Source: Lachnospiraceae bacterium
GTDB lineage: Bacteria; Bacillota; Clostridia; Lachnospirales; Lachnospiraceae
Length of the DNA: 64,000 nucleotides
Direction of reading: 5' to 3'
Assembly (NCBI GenBank): GCA_017474455.1
Contig: JAFVHP010000029.1
Location: forward strand, 16,942-80,941
In this document: positions 19,035-28,675 of the stretch, piece by piece
Numbering within the stretch: the first letter of the stretch is position 1
How the letters are laid out: the number at the start of each line of letters is the position of its first letter
Notes under the pieces: model-generated
The model's input: only the letters and a program-made list of their open reading frames with translations
What the model was told of the DNA's origin: nothing
Databases searched by the model: none
Program-made: the position numbers and the translations under genes

Positions 19035-20141
19035 ATGCTGAAAGGAAAATATTACGGAAGAGATTTTCTGAAGCTTCTCGATTACACGCCGGATGAAATC
19101 ATGGAGCTTTCGGACATCGCCGCCGCACTCAAAAAGCTGAAAAAGAACAATGCGGTCACGGATATCCTCAGGGGAAAGAATATCGCCCTGATCTTTGAAA
19201 AGACCAGTACAAGGACCCGCTGTTCCTTTGAAGTGGCGGCGCATGACCTTGGCATGGGTACTACATATCTGGATCCCCAGGGCTCCCAGATCGGAAAAAA
19301 GGAATCGATCGCGGATACGGCCAGGGTCCTTGCAGGCATGTATGACGGTATTGAGTACAGGGGCTACGGCCAGGAGATAGTGGAAGAGCTTGCGAAATAC
19401 GCCAAGGTCCCGGTCTTCAACGGGCTGACAAATGAGTTCCACCCCACCCAGATGCTGGCGGACCTGCTCACGATCAGAGAACATCTTGGCCGGGTAAAAG
19501 GCGTAAAGCTCGCGTATTTCGGAGATGCCAGGTATAATACAGCGAACTCGCTGATGATCCTCGGTGCGAAGACGGGCATGGACGTCTTCCTGTGTTCAAA
19601 AGCGGAATACTTTCCGGAAGAAGAGCTGGTCAGCACGGCAAGGCAGATCGCCGCGGAGCAGGGAGGGAGCATCACGCTGACGGAAGATACAGGCGAGGCA
19701 GCTAAAGGCGCTGACGTTATCTATACGGACGTATGGGTATCCATGGGCGAACCGGATGATATCTGGAATAAAAGGCTGAGCGACCTGTCGCCGTACCAGG
19801 TAAACATGGACATCATGAAGCAGGCGGATGACAACGCGCTGTTCATGCATTGCCTGCCGGCTTTTCATGACCAGGGCACGGGGATCGGCCGGCAGATCTT
19901 TGAAAAATACGGCATGGCGGAACTGGAAGTTACGGATGAAGTCTTCGAGAGCCGCTATTCTGTCGTGTTTGACGAAGCAGAAAACCGCATGCACACGATC
20001 AAGGCGGTCATCGCGGCTGCCATCTGCACTCCGGAGCAGCTTGCGCACCTTATGGATGAAGCCGGCAGATATCCTGATAATAAGATGGCGTCTTCACCCG
20101 ATCTTTCCGAATATGTGACAAACGTAAGAACACTGGCATGA
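19035..20141 (+). CDS. argF: Ornithine carbamoyltransferase
   Basis: STRTRCSFE, HPTQMLAD, YTDVWVSMGE, HCLPAFH, AENRMHTIKA. RBS AAAGGAG before ATG 19035. Confidence 0.95.
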   Translation: MLKGKYYGRDFLKLLDYTPDEIMELSDIAAALKKLKKNNAVTDILRGKNIALIFEKTSTRTRCSFEVAAHDLGMGTTYLDPQGSQIGKKESIADTARVLAGMYDGIEYRGYGQEIVEELAKYAKVPVFNGLTNEFHPTQMLADLLTIREHLGRVKGVKLAYFGDARYNTANSLMILGAKTGMDVFLCSKAEYFPEEELVSTARQIAAEQGGSITLTEDTGEAAKGADVIYTDVWVSMGEPDDIWNKRLSDLSPYQVNMDIMKQADDNALFMHCLPAFHDQGTGIGRQIFEKYGMAELEVTDEVFESRYSVVFDEAENRMHTIKAVIAAAICTPEQLAHLMDEAGRYPDNKMASSPDLSEYVTNVRTLA

Positions 20142-21199
20142 ACAGGAAAGAAGAGGTCTTAAAAGCCTTAAAGGACAGAGGGGACTACGTATCCGGCCAG
20201 TCCCTCAGTGATATGCTCGGCGTTTCCAGGACAGCGGTATGGAAAATGATCACGGCCCTTAAGAAGGAAGGCTACATGATAGAATCTTCCACCAACAGGG
20301 GATACCGGCTCATGGAGACCCCGGCTTTTGATCCTTTCAACAGGCAGGAGATAGAAGCGCAGCTCCATACCGGCACGATCGCCCGGAATGTTTTTTTTCT
20401 GGCTGAAACAGGGTCGACGAATGAAGATGCGGCAAGGCTTTCCGATGAAGGCGCACCGCACGGTACACTTGTTGCGGCGGGCATGCAGAAGAACGGCAAA
20501 GGCAGGCGCGGCAGGACCTGGATATCCCCTGCCGGTACAAATACTTACTTCAGCCTTCTCTTAAGACCGGATATACCGGCTGCCTCCGCCCCGATACTCA
20601 CACTGGTCTCGGCTGTGGCGGCAGCCAAGGCGATTGGGGAACTGCTTCGTGAGAGCCGGGATGATGAGGGATCTGTCCCATGTGAAGCCGGTATCAAATG
20701 GCCGAATGACATAGTGGTCAGGCGCGTTTTGGATCCGGACGGCGGCTGGAAAAAAGTATGCGGCATCCTTACGGAAATGCGTCTGGAGGACGCACAGATC
20801 AAAGATATCATTATCGGAACGGGTATCAATGTCAATGCTGATACAGTACCCGAAGAGATAACCAGCAGCGCCGCATCGCTGAAGATGATGACAGGAAGCC
20901 GGCATCCGTTTGACAGGGCAAAACTTACGGCTTCCGTTATGGATAATTTTGAACCTTTGTATGAAAGGTTTATCACAGAACCTTCAATGCGGCCTTTCAG
21001 GGATGAATACGAATCCCTGCTCGTCAGCAGGGACCGCAGAGTCAGAGTCCTCGATCCGGCAGGAGAATACGAAGGCCTGGCTGTGGGGATAGACGACCTC
21101 GGCGCATTGAAAGTGATCCCTGACAGCGCCCCGGACGGGCTGCCGGTCCTTATATCATCCGGTGAAGTTTCTGTACGCGGCGTCGAAGGATATATATAG
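20138..21199 (+). CDS. birA: Bifunctional biotin ligase/repressor
   Basis: N-terminal HTH (SGQSLSDMLGVSRTAVWK), GSTNED, GKGRRGRTW, IKWPND, KVCGILTE, GTGINV, SSGEVSVRG. Confidence 0.95.
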   Translation: MNRKEEVLKALKDRGDYVSGQSLSDMLGVSRTAVWKMITALKKEGYMIESSTNRGYRLMETPAFDPFNRQEIEAQLHTGTIARNVFFLAETGSTNEDAARLSDEGAPHGTLVAAGMQKNGKGRRGRTWISPAGTNTYFSLLLRPDIPAASAPILTLVSAVAAAKAIGELLRESRDDEGSVPCEAGIKWPNDIVVRRVLDPDGGWKKVCGILTEMRLEDAQIKDIIIGTGINVNADTVPEEITSSAASLKMMTGSRHPFDRAKLTASVMDNFEPLYERFITEPSMRPFRDEYESLLVSRDRRVRVLDPAGEYEGLAVGIDDLGALKVIPDSAPDGLPVLISSGEVSVRGVEGYI

Positions 21200-21208
21200 G
21201 AGATCATT

Positions 21209-21613
21209 ATGGAATCGGTCCAGGATCCGTCCTCTTTCCAGGTCATACTTTGCGGCGCGAGCGCCTATGACAGGAAATACTATTTCAACGAACAGTTTGA
21301 CAAGCTCCCGGAGAGCATAAAGGAAGAACTGCATATCATGTGCGTCCTGTTTACGGAAGAGATCGGCGGTGTATTCACTGTCGGTTTTAATCCGTACGGG
21401 GAGGTGGAACTCTCCACACAATGCGATGAAGGAGACCTGCTTTACGATGATATCGGCTGCGGACTCATGATCAAAAAACTCAGAAGGGAGAAAGAAGAGC
21501 TTTTTGAATCACTGTCCATCTATTTTAAGGTGACCTATCTGCATCAGGACCCTGCGCAGTTCCTGGATATGGAAGACGATCCCGGAGATGCGGAAGGCGG
21601 GCAGGAAGAATGA
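21209..21613 (+). CDS. DUF6145 family protein
   Basis: ILCGASAYDRKYYFNEQFDKLPESIKEELHIMCVLFTEEIGG..DDIGCGL matches the recalled Lachnospiraceae family. Confidence 0.75.
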   Translation: MESVQDPSSFQVILCGASAYDRKYYFNEQFDKLPESIKEELHIMCVLFTEEIGGVFTVGFNPYGEVELSTQCDEGDLLYDDIGCGLMIKKLRREKEELFESLSIYFKVTYLHQDPAQFLDMEDDPGDAEGGQEE

Positions 21614-22593
21614 GTGTCCCGTCGCTGGATATCGGCAGTGTACATATAGAAAACGGTGTGCTGCAGGCACCGATGGCCGGGGTCAGCGACCTGCCCTTCA
21701 GGATCCTGTGTTCTGAAGCCGGGGCAGGTCTGACAGCCATGGAGATGGTGAGCGCGAAGGCAGTCTGCTTCCATAATGCAAAGACGCTGGACCTGATCAG
21801 GACGGATCCGGCGGAAAAAACAGTCTCGCTCCAGCTGTTCGGACATGAGCCGGATGTGATCGCCGAGGCCTGCCGTATATTTGAGCCGCAGAAGTTCGAT
21901 ATACTGGATCTGAATATGGGATGCCCGGTGCATAAGATCGTTTCAAACGGAGAGGGTTCTGCCCTTATGCGGGATCCCGGCCTGATCGAAAAGATCGTCC
22001 GCGCGGCTGTAACCGGTACTTCGAGGCCTGTTACCGTAAAGCTCAGGAAAGGATTTGACGAAGAGCATGTCAATGCGGTCGAATGTGCCCTGGCTGCCGA
22101 GGCCGGAGGAGCTGCTGCAGTATGTATCCATGGCAGGACAAGACCGCAGATGTACAGCGGTGCGGCGGACTGGGAATGCATCCGCGGCGTTGTCAGGGCG
22201 CTGCATATTCCGGTGATCGGCAACGGGGATATCAGCGACGGACCCTCTGCGAAGAGGATGCTGGAGGAGACCGGCTGTGCGGCGGTCATGGTAGGCAGGG
22301 CATGCCAGGGAAGGCCCTGGATCTTCTCACAGATCATCAGTTATCTGCGGAACGGAAAAGAATGTGAGCAGCCTTCCAACCGGGAGATCATCAGGGCAAT
22401 ACTGCGGCACGCCCGGATGCTCTGCGAGCTTAAAACAGAAGCCTCGGCGATGCCGCAGATGAGAAAGCATGTGTCATGGTATCTGGCCGGATTCCCCGGT
22501 GCGGCAAAGCTCAGGAAAAAAGTGAACGAGGTATCGACCCTGGAAGAACTGGAAAATCTTCTGATGAAGGCTTTCCCGTACGCGGGAGGATGA
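21610..22593 (+). CDS. dusB: tRNA-dihydrouridine synthase B
   Basis: APMAGVSDLPFR, QLFG, DLNMGCP, GSALM, VTVKLRKG, IHGRT, IGNGDI, VMVGRA. Confidence 0.93.
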   Translation: MSVPSLDIGSVHIENGVLQAPMAGVSDLPFRILCSEAGAGLTAMEMVSAKAVCFHNAKTLDLIRTDPAEKTVSLQLFGHEPDVIAEACRIFEPQKFDILDLNMGCPVHKIVSNGEGSALMRDPGLIEKIVRAAVTGTSRPVTVKLRKGFDEEHVNAVECALAAEAGGAAAVCIHGRTRPQMYSGAADWECIRGVVRALHIPVIGNGDISDGPSAKRMLEETGCAAVMVGRACQGRPWIFSQIISYLRNGKECEQPSNREIIRAILRHARMLCELKTEASAMPQMRKHVSWYLAGFPGAAKLRKKVNEVSTLEELENLLMKAFPYAGG

Positions 22594-22658
22594 CCGGAGA
22601 AAGATGGCAGACTGCATCCTGACGGTTTTATTAAGGGCCTGATCAGGATGGACCCGGC

Positions 22659-22687
22659 TTGAAATTCGGCTGCAACAGGCATATGAT
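22659..22687 (+). promoter_or_regulatory. Putative sigma-A promoter of the Mrp-like operon
   Basis: TTGAAA-N17-TATGAT, 45 nt before the first gene. Confidence 0.6.
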
Positions 22688-22732
22688 TGTACAGATGTAT
22701 TTTTACTGATCAGCAGGAGAAGCAGATATAGT

Positions 22733-23188
22733 ATGTGGTTCCTGTTTTTTGCGATATGGATCATACTTAACGGCCGGATCACGGCTGAGATAGTACTGTT
22801 CGGCATCGGTGCCGCAACGGTACTATGTCTTTTTATTGTCAAAGTATTCCGCTACCAGTGGCATCTGGAGATCACGTTTGTCAAGAACTTCCCGATCATG
22901 GTCCTTTATGTCCTGAATCTGATCAGGGAAGTTATTCTGGCTTCTCTGGCGACCGGCAAAATGATATGGGGCAAAAAAGGCACGGATGCGGTACTTGTGG
23001 AATTCGATTCGGGATTCAGGGATAATGTCCGGAATGTCCTTTTAGCCAATTCCATAACACTTACGCCTGGGACATATACGGTGGCAATGGAGAACGGGAT
23101 ATTTCTGGTCGCCTGTCTCTGCCCTGAATTTGCGGAAGGGATCGATGAATCTTCGTTTATCAGGATCCTTCGGAAAATGAGCGAATAG
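22733..23188 (+). CDS. mnhE: Na+/H+ antiporter subunit E (MnhE/MrpE)
   Basis: LLANSITLTPGT signature. Confidence 0.9.
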   Translation: MWFLFFAIWIILNGRITAEIVLFGIGAATVLCLFIVKVFRYQWHLEITFVKNFPIMVLYVLNLIREVILASLATGKMIWGKKGTDAVLVEFDSGFRDNVRNVLLANSITLTPGTYTVAMENGIFLVACLCPEFAEGIDESSFIRILRKMSE

Positions 23189-23215
23189 CACAGAAAGCCG
23201 GGGCACGGATCAAAA

Positions 23216-23608
23216 ATGGCTTCAGAAACATTAATTAAAGCTTACAGCATACTGTACAGCTGCATACTGGCAGGTTTTTCGATCCTGATCCTCGTCATGC
23301 TGATCAGGGCCGTGATCGGTCCACGCATTACGGACCGCATTCTGTCGATCAACATGATAGGGACTATGGTCATCAGCTGTATCGCCATATGTTCAGGACT
23401 TCTGGATGAATCATATCTTCTGGATGTGGCGCTTATCTATGCGCTTGTAAGTTTCGTATCCGTCCTGATCTTTACCAGGATCTATGTTCCTTTGAGACCG
23501 GACAGGAGCACATTCGGTCCGGGTGCCTTTGCCGATATCCAGCCCAAGCATGAAAGGGAAGAAGTACATGAAGGGCAGGACAGCCCTGAAGAAGGGAGCG
23601 CCGGATGA
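23216..23608 (+). CDS. mnhF: Antiporter subunit F (MnhF/MrpF)
   Basis: GPRITDRILSIN, LDVALIYALVSFVS. Confidence 0.88.
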   Translation: MASETLIKAYSILYSCILAGFSILILVMLIRAVIGPRITDRILSINMIGTMVISCIAICSGLLDESYLLDVALIYALVSFVSVLIFTRIYVPLRPDRSTFGPGAFADIQPKHEREEVHEGQDSPEEGSAG

Positions 23609-23988
23609 TGGAGTGGCTCCGTTTTATCCTGACAGCGATCCTGCTGACTGCCGCATTTGCTTCGTTCCTCAGCGCTGTTGTCGGTGTATATCGTTTTAAC
23701 TATGTCATGAACCGGATGCATGCCGCCGGTATCGGCGATACGATGGGGCTGTTTTTTGTGCTCCTTGCGCTCGGTATCAGTGCGGGATCGATATTGGACG
23801 TGATGAAGCTCGCCCTTGTGGCGTTCTTTATGTGGTTCACGTCGCCGGTCTCAACGCATTTTATGAGCCAGATCGAATACTATACGAACAGGGATCTCTA
23901 TACGTACATCAGAAGGGACCGGTCCGGACCCGCCGCGGAGCCGGATGCGGCAGATCCCGCTGAAACTGCCGGAGGTGACAGGAAATGA
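23605..23988 (+). CDS. mnhG: Antiporter subunit G (MnhG/MrpG)
   Basis: GVYRF..NRMHAAGIGDTMG, FTSPVSTH. Confidence 0.88.
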   Translation: MMEWLRFILTAILLTAAFASFLSAVVGVYRFNYVMNRMHAAGIGDTMGLFFVLLALGISAGSILDVMKLALVAFFMWFTSPVSTHFMSQIEYYTNRDLYTYIRRDRSGPAAEPDAADPAETAGGDRK

Positions 23989-24260
23989 CCTTAATGGAGA
24001 TCTTCAGGATCATACTGCTGATATCACTGATCATCTGCGCAGTCATGGTCAATACGACAAAGACTCTGCTGCAGGCTGTCATCATATTTATGTCCTACAG
24101 TTCCATCATGTGCCTTTTATGGGTGATCATGGAATCGCCGGACCTGGCCATCACAGAAGCGGCTGTAGGCGCAGGGATCAGCGGAGTATTGTTCCTGATG
24201 ACATTAAAGCGGCTGCGTGCCGAGGATATGGATGAGGATGAAACGGAAGACAGGGACTGA
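23985..24260 (+). CDS. Stand-alone DUF4040/MrpA C-terminal-type small subunit
   Basis: SPDLAITEAAVGAGISGVLF signature. Confidence 0.85.
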   Translation: MTLMEIFRIILLISLIICAVMVNTTKTLLQAVIIFMSYSSIMCLLWVIMESPDLAITEAAVGAGISGVLFLMTLKRLRAEDMDEDETEDRD

Positions 24261-25230
24261 GCCTTTGAAAAACGCATTCAGGAAATGGCTGGACGGAGAT
24301 ACGGATGTTTTTTCCGAGCTTCCGGAGGCGGCCAGGATCCACGACATTTCCAGGGAAGAGGCCAAGGAGGACAGAAAACGCGTTGACAGGATGATCGACG
24401 CGAGTGCTTCTGCAGGTGCTGTTGTACGTGCGGAACGGAAGGGATTCAGGACTTTCTATAATATCGTGGCTGTGATCAGCTGCGCTGCTCTTATCGCGAT
24501 GCTGCTGTTCCTCGTCGGGAACCTTCCCCGCTATGGGGAAGAGAACGAACGCACCGTCGAGGTGGTCACACGCTATGTTGAGAAAGGTCTGGAAGAGACC
24601 GGCGCAGTCAATATCGTTGCAGGTATGATCCTGGATTACAGGGCCTTTGATACGCTGGGTGAATCCCATGTCCTGTTTACCGCCCTGATCTGTGTGATGA
24701 TCCTGCTCCGGCAGGACAGGCGCAACATGACTTCAAAAGTCGATTCCTACGCCAGTTTAAGAAACGATGAGTATTTTGACCCTTCGGGGGATATCATCAT
24801 GCGCAGTGTTGGCATGCTGCTGGGATCGTGCATCTTCCTGTACGGGTTCTACATTCTGATGAACGGTCAGAACTCGCCCGGCGGCGGTTTTTCCGGCGGC
24901 GCGGTAATGGGTTCCGGCCTGATCATCTTTTCGGCGGCTTTCGGCATGAAGAGCGTTGACCGGTACTTTTCTTTCAAGCTGTTTTCCGGACTGACCTTTA
25001 CAGCTCTTGCTTTCTACAGTTTTGCCAAAGGGTATGTTTTCTTTACGGGTGCCAACGGCCTCGAAAACCACATCCCGAAGGGTGAGCCGGGTGCTCTTTT
25101 GTCGGGCGGCCTTATCCTTCCGCTGGATATTGCGGTAGGGCTCGTCGTTGCCTGCACAATGTTCGGCTTTTACAGTCTGTTTCGACGGGGGAATATCGGA
25201 AGTGATACAAACCTTACTGATCAATTATGA
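24232..25230 (+). CDS. mnhB: Antiporter subunit B (MnhB/MrpB domain) with long N-terminal extension; start uncertain
   Basis: NIVAGMILDYRAFDTLGE, GQNSPGGGFSGG, VGLVVAC. Confidence 0.85.
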   Translation: MRMKRKTGTEPLKNAFRKWLDGDTDVFSELPEAARIHDISREEAKEDRKRVDRMIDASASAGAVVRAERKGFRTFYNIVAVISCAALIAMLLFLVGNLPRYGEENERTVEVVTRYVEKGLEETGAVNIVAGMILDYRAFDTLGESHVLFTALICVMILLRQDRRNMTSKVDSYASLRNDEYFDPSGDIIMRSVGMLLGSCIFLYGFYILMNGQNSPGGGFSGGAVMGSGLIIFSAAFGMKSVDRYFSFKLFSGLTFTALAFYSFAKGYVFFTGANGLENHIPKGEPGALLSGGLILPLDIAVGLVVACTMFGFYSLFRRGNIGSDTNLTDQL

Positions 25231-25582
25231 GGAAGCTGCAGCCGTGATCCTTTTCGGGATCGGTTTTATGATGCTGCTGTTCCAGAAGAACCTGATCAAA
25301 AAACTGATCGGGATGAATATAATGGACACGGGAACTTTCCTTTTCCTGGCCTCCATGGGTTATATACGGGGCAGGAAAGCGCCTATCATCACAGACGGTG
25401 TCACGGATGTGTCTGCATATATCAACCCGGTCCCGGCCGGGCTCGTGCTGACCGGCATCGTCGTATCGGTGTCTGTGACGGCCATCATGCTTTCGCTTTC
25501 CATCCGGCTCTATAAGCGGTACCATACACTGGATCTGGATGAGATCTACATGCTCTCAAAACACAGGACGGAGGACAGGTAA
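25202..25582 (+). CDS. mnhC: Antiporter subunit C (MnhC/MrpC)
   Basis: GTG start at 25202. NLIKKLIGMNIM, NPVPAGLVLTGIVV, YHTLD. Confidence 0.88.
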   Translation: MIQTLLINYEEAAAVILFGIGFMMLLFQKNLIKKLIGMNIMDTGTFLFLASMGYIRGRKAPIITDGVTDVSAYINPVPAGLVLTGIVVSVSVTAIMLSLSIRLYKRYHTLDLDEIYMLSKHRTEDR

Positions 25583-27148
25583 GTGGAATTTATCAGGAAC
25601 TTTCCTCTGTTTACGATCGTGCTGAGCCTTTTTTCCGGTGTGCTGTGCATGCTCCTGCCCGCCAGGAAAGCCAGGAATTATACGCTTGTATACGAGTGTA
25701 TCCTGATGGGGCTGGTCTCTGCTGTCCTTTTCTATACGGTAAGGACAGGTCAGTCCTTCACCTACGTAATGGGGGAATTCCCCGCGCCCTGGGGAAACGA
25801 GATCCGTGCGGGCATACTGGAGGCGCTGATCGCCCTGGTATTTCTGGTCATCATGTTCGTATCCCTTATAGCAGGTTGGCATTTCCTGACCACGGATATC
25901 GACGGGTCGAAGATCAACCTGTATTTTACACTGGTCAATCTGCTGACGGCGGCCCTGATGGCCATCATCTGGACCAATGACATTTTCACGGGTTATGTAT
26001 TTCTTGAGATCCTGACACTTACGAGCTGCGGCATACTGATCGTCAGGGAACTGGGCCGGACGACACTGGCAGCCGTCCGTTACATGATCATGAACCTTCT
26101 GGGCTCTGGTCTGTTCCTGATGGGCGTAGTTCTGCTTTATGACATTACGGGACAGCTCCTGATGGTCCCCATGCAGGAAACGGTCAGTGTGATCAGCCAT
26201 GATCCCAGGGAGATGATGACGCTCGTCCTGTCCCTTATGATCCTGACGATCGGCCTCTCCATAAAGAGCGGCCTGTTTCCTTTTCATTTCTGGATGCCGG
26301 ATACATACGGATGGGCTACGCCGTCATCGGCCGCCATTCTTTCATCCCTGGTCTCCAAAGCCTATATTTTCCTGCTGTTCAAGATATATTTCCGCTGTAT
26401 CGGGATCGGTATCTTTGAACAGATGCCGATTTCCAGAGTACTGTTCATACTGGGACTGGGTGGGATGTTCTTCGGTTCGGTCTCCGCGCTTCTGGCCGCC
26501 AATATCGACCGGATGATCGCATTTTCATCCGCGGCACAGATCGGATATATATTCATGGGCATAGGACTTGGCGGGATCGAAGGGTATACGGCAGCCATGT
26601 TCCATATCATCGCGCACAGCCTGACCAAGTCGCTGCTGTTTCTGACTGCGCCGAGGCTTGCGGAGGTGTCCGGTTCATCGCTCCTGTTCGGCAGGATCAC
26701 CGGAAGTGCGTTAAAGCGCAGGGACGCAGGCCTGTTTTTCCTTGCGGGATCCCTTTCCATGATCGGGATACCGCTGTTCGCGGGCTTTTCATCAAAGCTG
26801 CTGTTCGCCTTCGCGGCTGTTTCGTCGGGCAGTGAAAGAAAATGGCTGCTTACGATGATCATGCTGGCCGTCAGCGCTGTATTGAACGCATTGTATTTTA
26901 TCAGGACCCTGATCAGGATCTATACGCTGGACCGGTCCGGTTCTTCCGGTAAGAGGACTACCTTTAAAGACGCCGCTACAGGAGTCGTGATCGGAGATAC
27001 GGCTGACCAGGCCGCCGTGCAGTCAAAAGGCTTTCAGGCGGATTATGTGATACCCTGTGCCGTCCTTGTGGCTGCCAATGTTTTCCTGGGACTGTTCTCC
27101 TGGGTCGTCGTCGGCCTGATCGAGCGCGGGCTTTCTATGTTTGGTTAA
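25583..27148 (+). CDS. Proton-conducting membrane subunit 1 (MrpD-like)
   Basis: DIFTGYVFLEI, KSGLFPFHFWMPD, SSLVSK, IAFSSAAQIG, HSLTKSLLF, FAGFSSK. Confidence 0.9.
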   Translation: MEFIRNFPLFTIVLSLFSGVLCMLLPARKARNYTLVYECILMGLVSAVLFYTVRTGQSFTYVMGEFPAPWGNEIRAGILEALIALVFLVIMFVSLIAGWHFLTTDIDGSKINLYFTLVNLLTAALMAIIWTNDIFTGYVFLEILTLTSCGILIVRELGRTTLAAVRYMIMNLLGSGLFLMGVVLLYDITGQLLMVPMQETVSVISHDPREMMTLVLSLMILTIGLSIKSGLFPFHFWMPDTYGWATPSSAAILSSLVSKAYIFLLFKIYFRCIGIGIFEQMPISRVLFILGLGGMFFGSVSALLAANIDRMIAFSSAAQIGYIFMGIGLGGIEGYTAAMFHIIAHSLTKSLLFLTAPRLAEVSGSSLLFGRITGSALKRRDAGLFFLAGSLSMIGIPLFAGFSSKLLFAFAAVSSGSERKWLLTMIMLAVSAVLNALYFIRTLIRIYTLDRSGSSGKRTTFKDAATGVVIGDTADQAAVQSKGFQADYVIPCAVLVAANVFLGLFSWVVVGLIERGLSMFG

Positions 27149-27163
27149 AAGTACGGAGGATTT

Positions 27164-28675
27164 ATGCTGATCTTATTGATAATGGTGCTGCCGGCACTGG
27201 CAGGGATCGCGGCAGGCGCCGCAGGCCTGAATGAGAAGAAAGGACAATGGGTCTATGCGGGAGCATTGCTCCTGACGGATATCATCACCCTCATCCTGAT
27301 CATAAAGGGAGGGGCTCTTCGGCTCTTTGGCCTGACGGACCAGGTCAGCATCGCATTCAGTGTTGACGCGGCGGCAAGGATCTTCCTTCTGGCTGTCATG
27401 ATACTCTATACTGCGGTACTGTTTTATGCGTTCGAATATATGCATAAAGAAGAGCGTATCCCCGTTTTCTTCGCGTTTTATATGATCTCATACGGTGCCA
27501 TGCTGGGGGTGTGCATGTCGCGAAATCTGGTCACACTGTACCTCTGTTTTGAATTCGCGACGCTTTCCACTGTCCCCCTGGTCCTGCATGAAATGCACAA
27601 GGAAGCCGTCCAGGCCGGCCTGAAATATCTGTTTTATTCCGTGGGCGGTGCGCTCATGGGGCTTCTGGGCGTATTCTTCCTCACCTATTACGGAAAAGGA
27701 GATACTGCTTTCACCATAGGAGGATTTCTGGATCCGGCAAAGACAGCGGGGCACGAAAAGCTTCTGCTGGTAGTGATCATGATCTCACTGATCGGCTTCG
27801 GGACCAAGGCGGGCATGTTCCCTATGCACGGATGGCTGCCCAGCGCCCATCCGATCGCTCCCGCACCGGCTTCAGCGCTTTTGTCCGGTATTATTGCGAA
27901 AGCCGGCATCATCGCTGTCATAAGGCTTATTTATTTCAGCGCCGGCGCGGACTTTATCAGAGGGACCTGGGTGCAGACCACCTGGATGGTCCTTGCCATG
28001 GTCACCATATTTATGGGCTCTATGATGGCATTTAAGGAAAAGGTCATGAAAAAACGCCTGGCCTATTCGACGGTCAGCCAGCTCTCCTATATCATGCTGG
28101 GTCTTTCATTTCTCTCCCCGGCAGGTATAGGCGGTGCGTTCCTGCATGTTTTCGCGCATATGGCTTCCAAGGGCTGTCTGTTCCTGTGCGCGGGCACTGT
28201 CATCAACAGGCTCGGGTTCAGGGAAGTGAAGGATTACAAAGGACTCGGAGAAGTCATGCCGGTGACCATGTTCGCATTCTTCCTGGCTTCGATGTCGCTG
28301 GTCGGCATCCCTCCCTTCGGCGGGTTCGCCAGCAAATGGTATCTGGCGGCGGCCGCCATCGGATCCGGGATACCCGGTTTCCGTATTGCAGCGCCCGTCA
28401 TCCTGCTGATATCTGCGCTTTTGACAGCCGGATATCTGTTCCCGGTCATGGTCGAAGCATTTTTCCCGGGAGAGGAATATTCCTTTATGAAAGAAAGAGG
28501 AACTGAGGTAAGCGGGACAGTATTCCATAAGCGCAGGAACGGAAAAGTGAGCGCTGAACCTTCATGCCTGATGCTGGTCCCCATGATCGTCCTGGTCGCG
28601 GTATCCCTGTGTGTTGGTCTGTTCGGTTCACAGATCGTATCACTGATCCAGTCTCTTATCCCGGTGACATTATGA
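27164..28675 (+). CDS. Proton-conducting membrane subunit 2 (MrpD-like)
   Basis: LYLCFEF, KAGMFPMHGWLP.AHP.AP, LSGIIAK, LAYSTVSQ, GFASK. Confidence 0.9.
   Translation: MLILLIMVLPALAGIAAGAAGLNEKKGQWVYAGALLLTDIITLILIIKGGALRLFGLTDQVSIAFSVDAAARIFLLAVMILYTAVLFYAFEYMHKEERIPVFFAFYMISYGAMLGVCMSRNLVTLYLCFEFATLSTVPLVLHEMHKEAVQAGLKYLFYSVGGALMGLLGVFFLTYYGKGDTAFTIGGFLDPAKTAGHEKLLLVVIMISLIGFGTKAGMFPMHGWLPSAHPIAPAPASALLSGIIAKAGIIAVIRLIYFSAGADFIRGTWVQTTWMVLAMVTIFMGSMMAFKEKVMKKRLAYSTVSQLSYIMLGLSFLSPAGIGGAFLHVFAHMASKGCLFLCAGTVINRLGFREVKDYKGLGEVMPVTMFAFFLASMSLVGIPPFGGFASKWYLAAAAIGSGIPGFRIAAPVILLISALLTAGYLFPVMVEAFFPGEEYSFMKERGTEVSGTVFHKRRNGKVSAEPSCLMLVPMIVLVAVSLCVGLFGSQIVSLIQSLIPVTL

Noticed and set aside
19035-20141. 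Arginine deiminase (arc) pathway
   Set aside because: The OTC stands alone; there is no arcA, arcC or arcD nearby.
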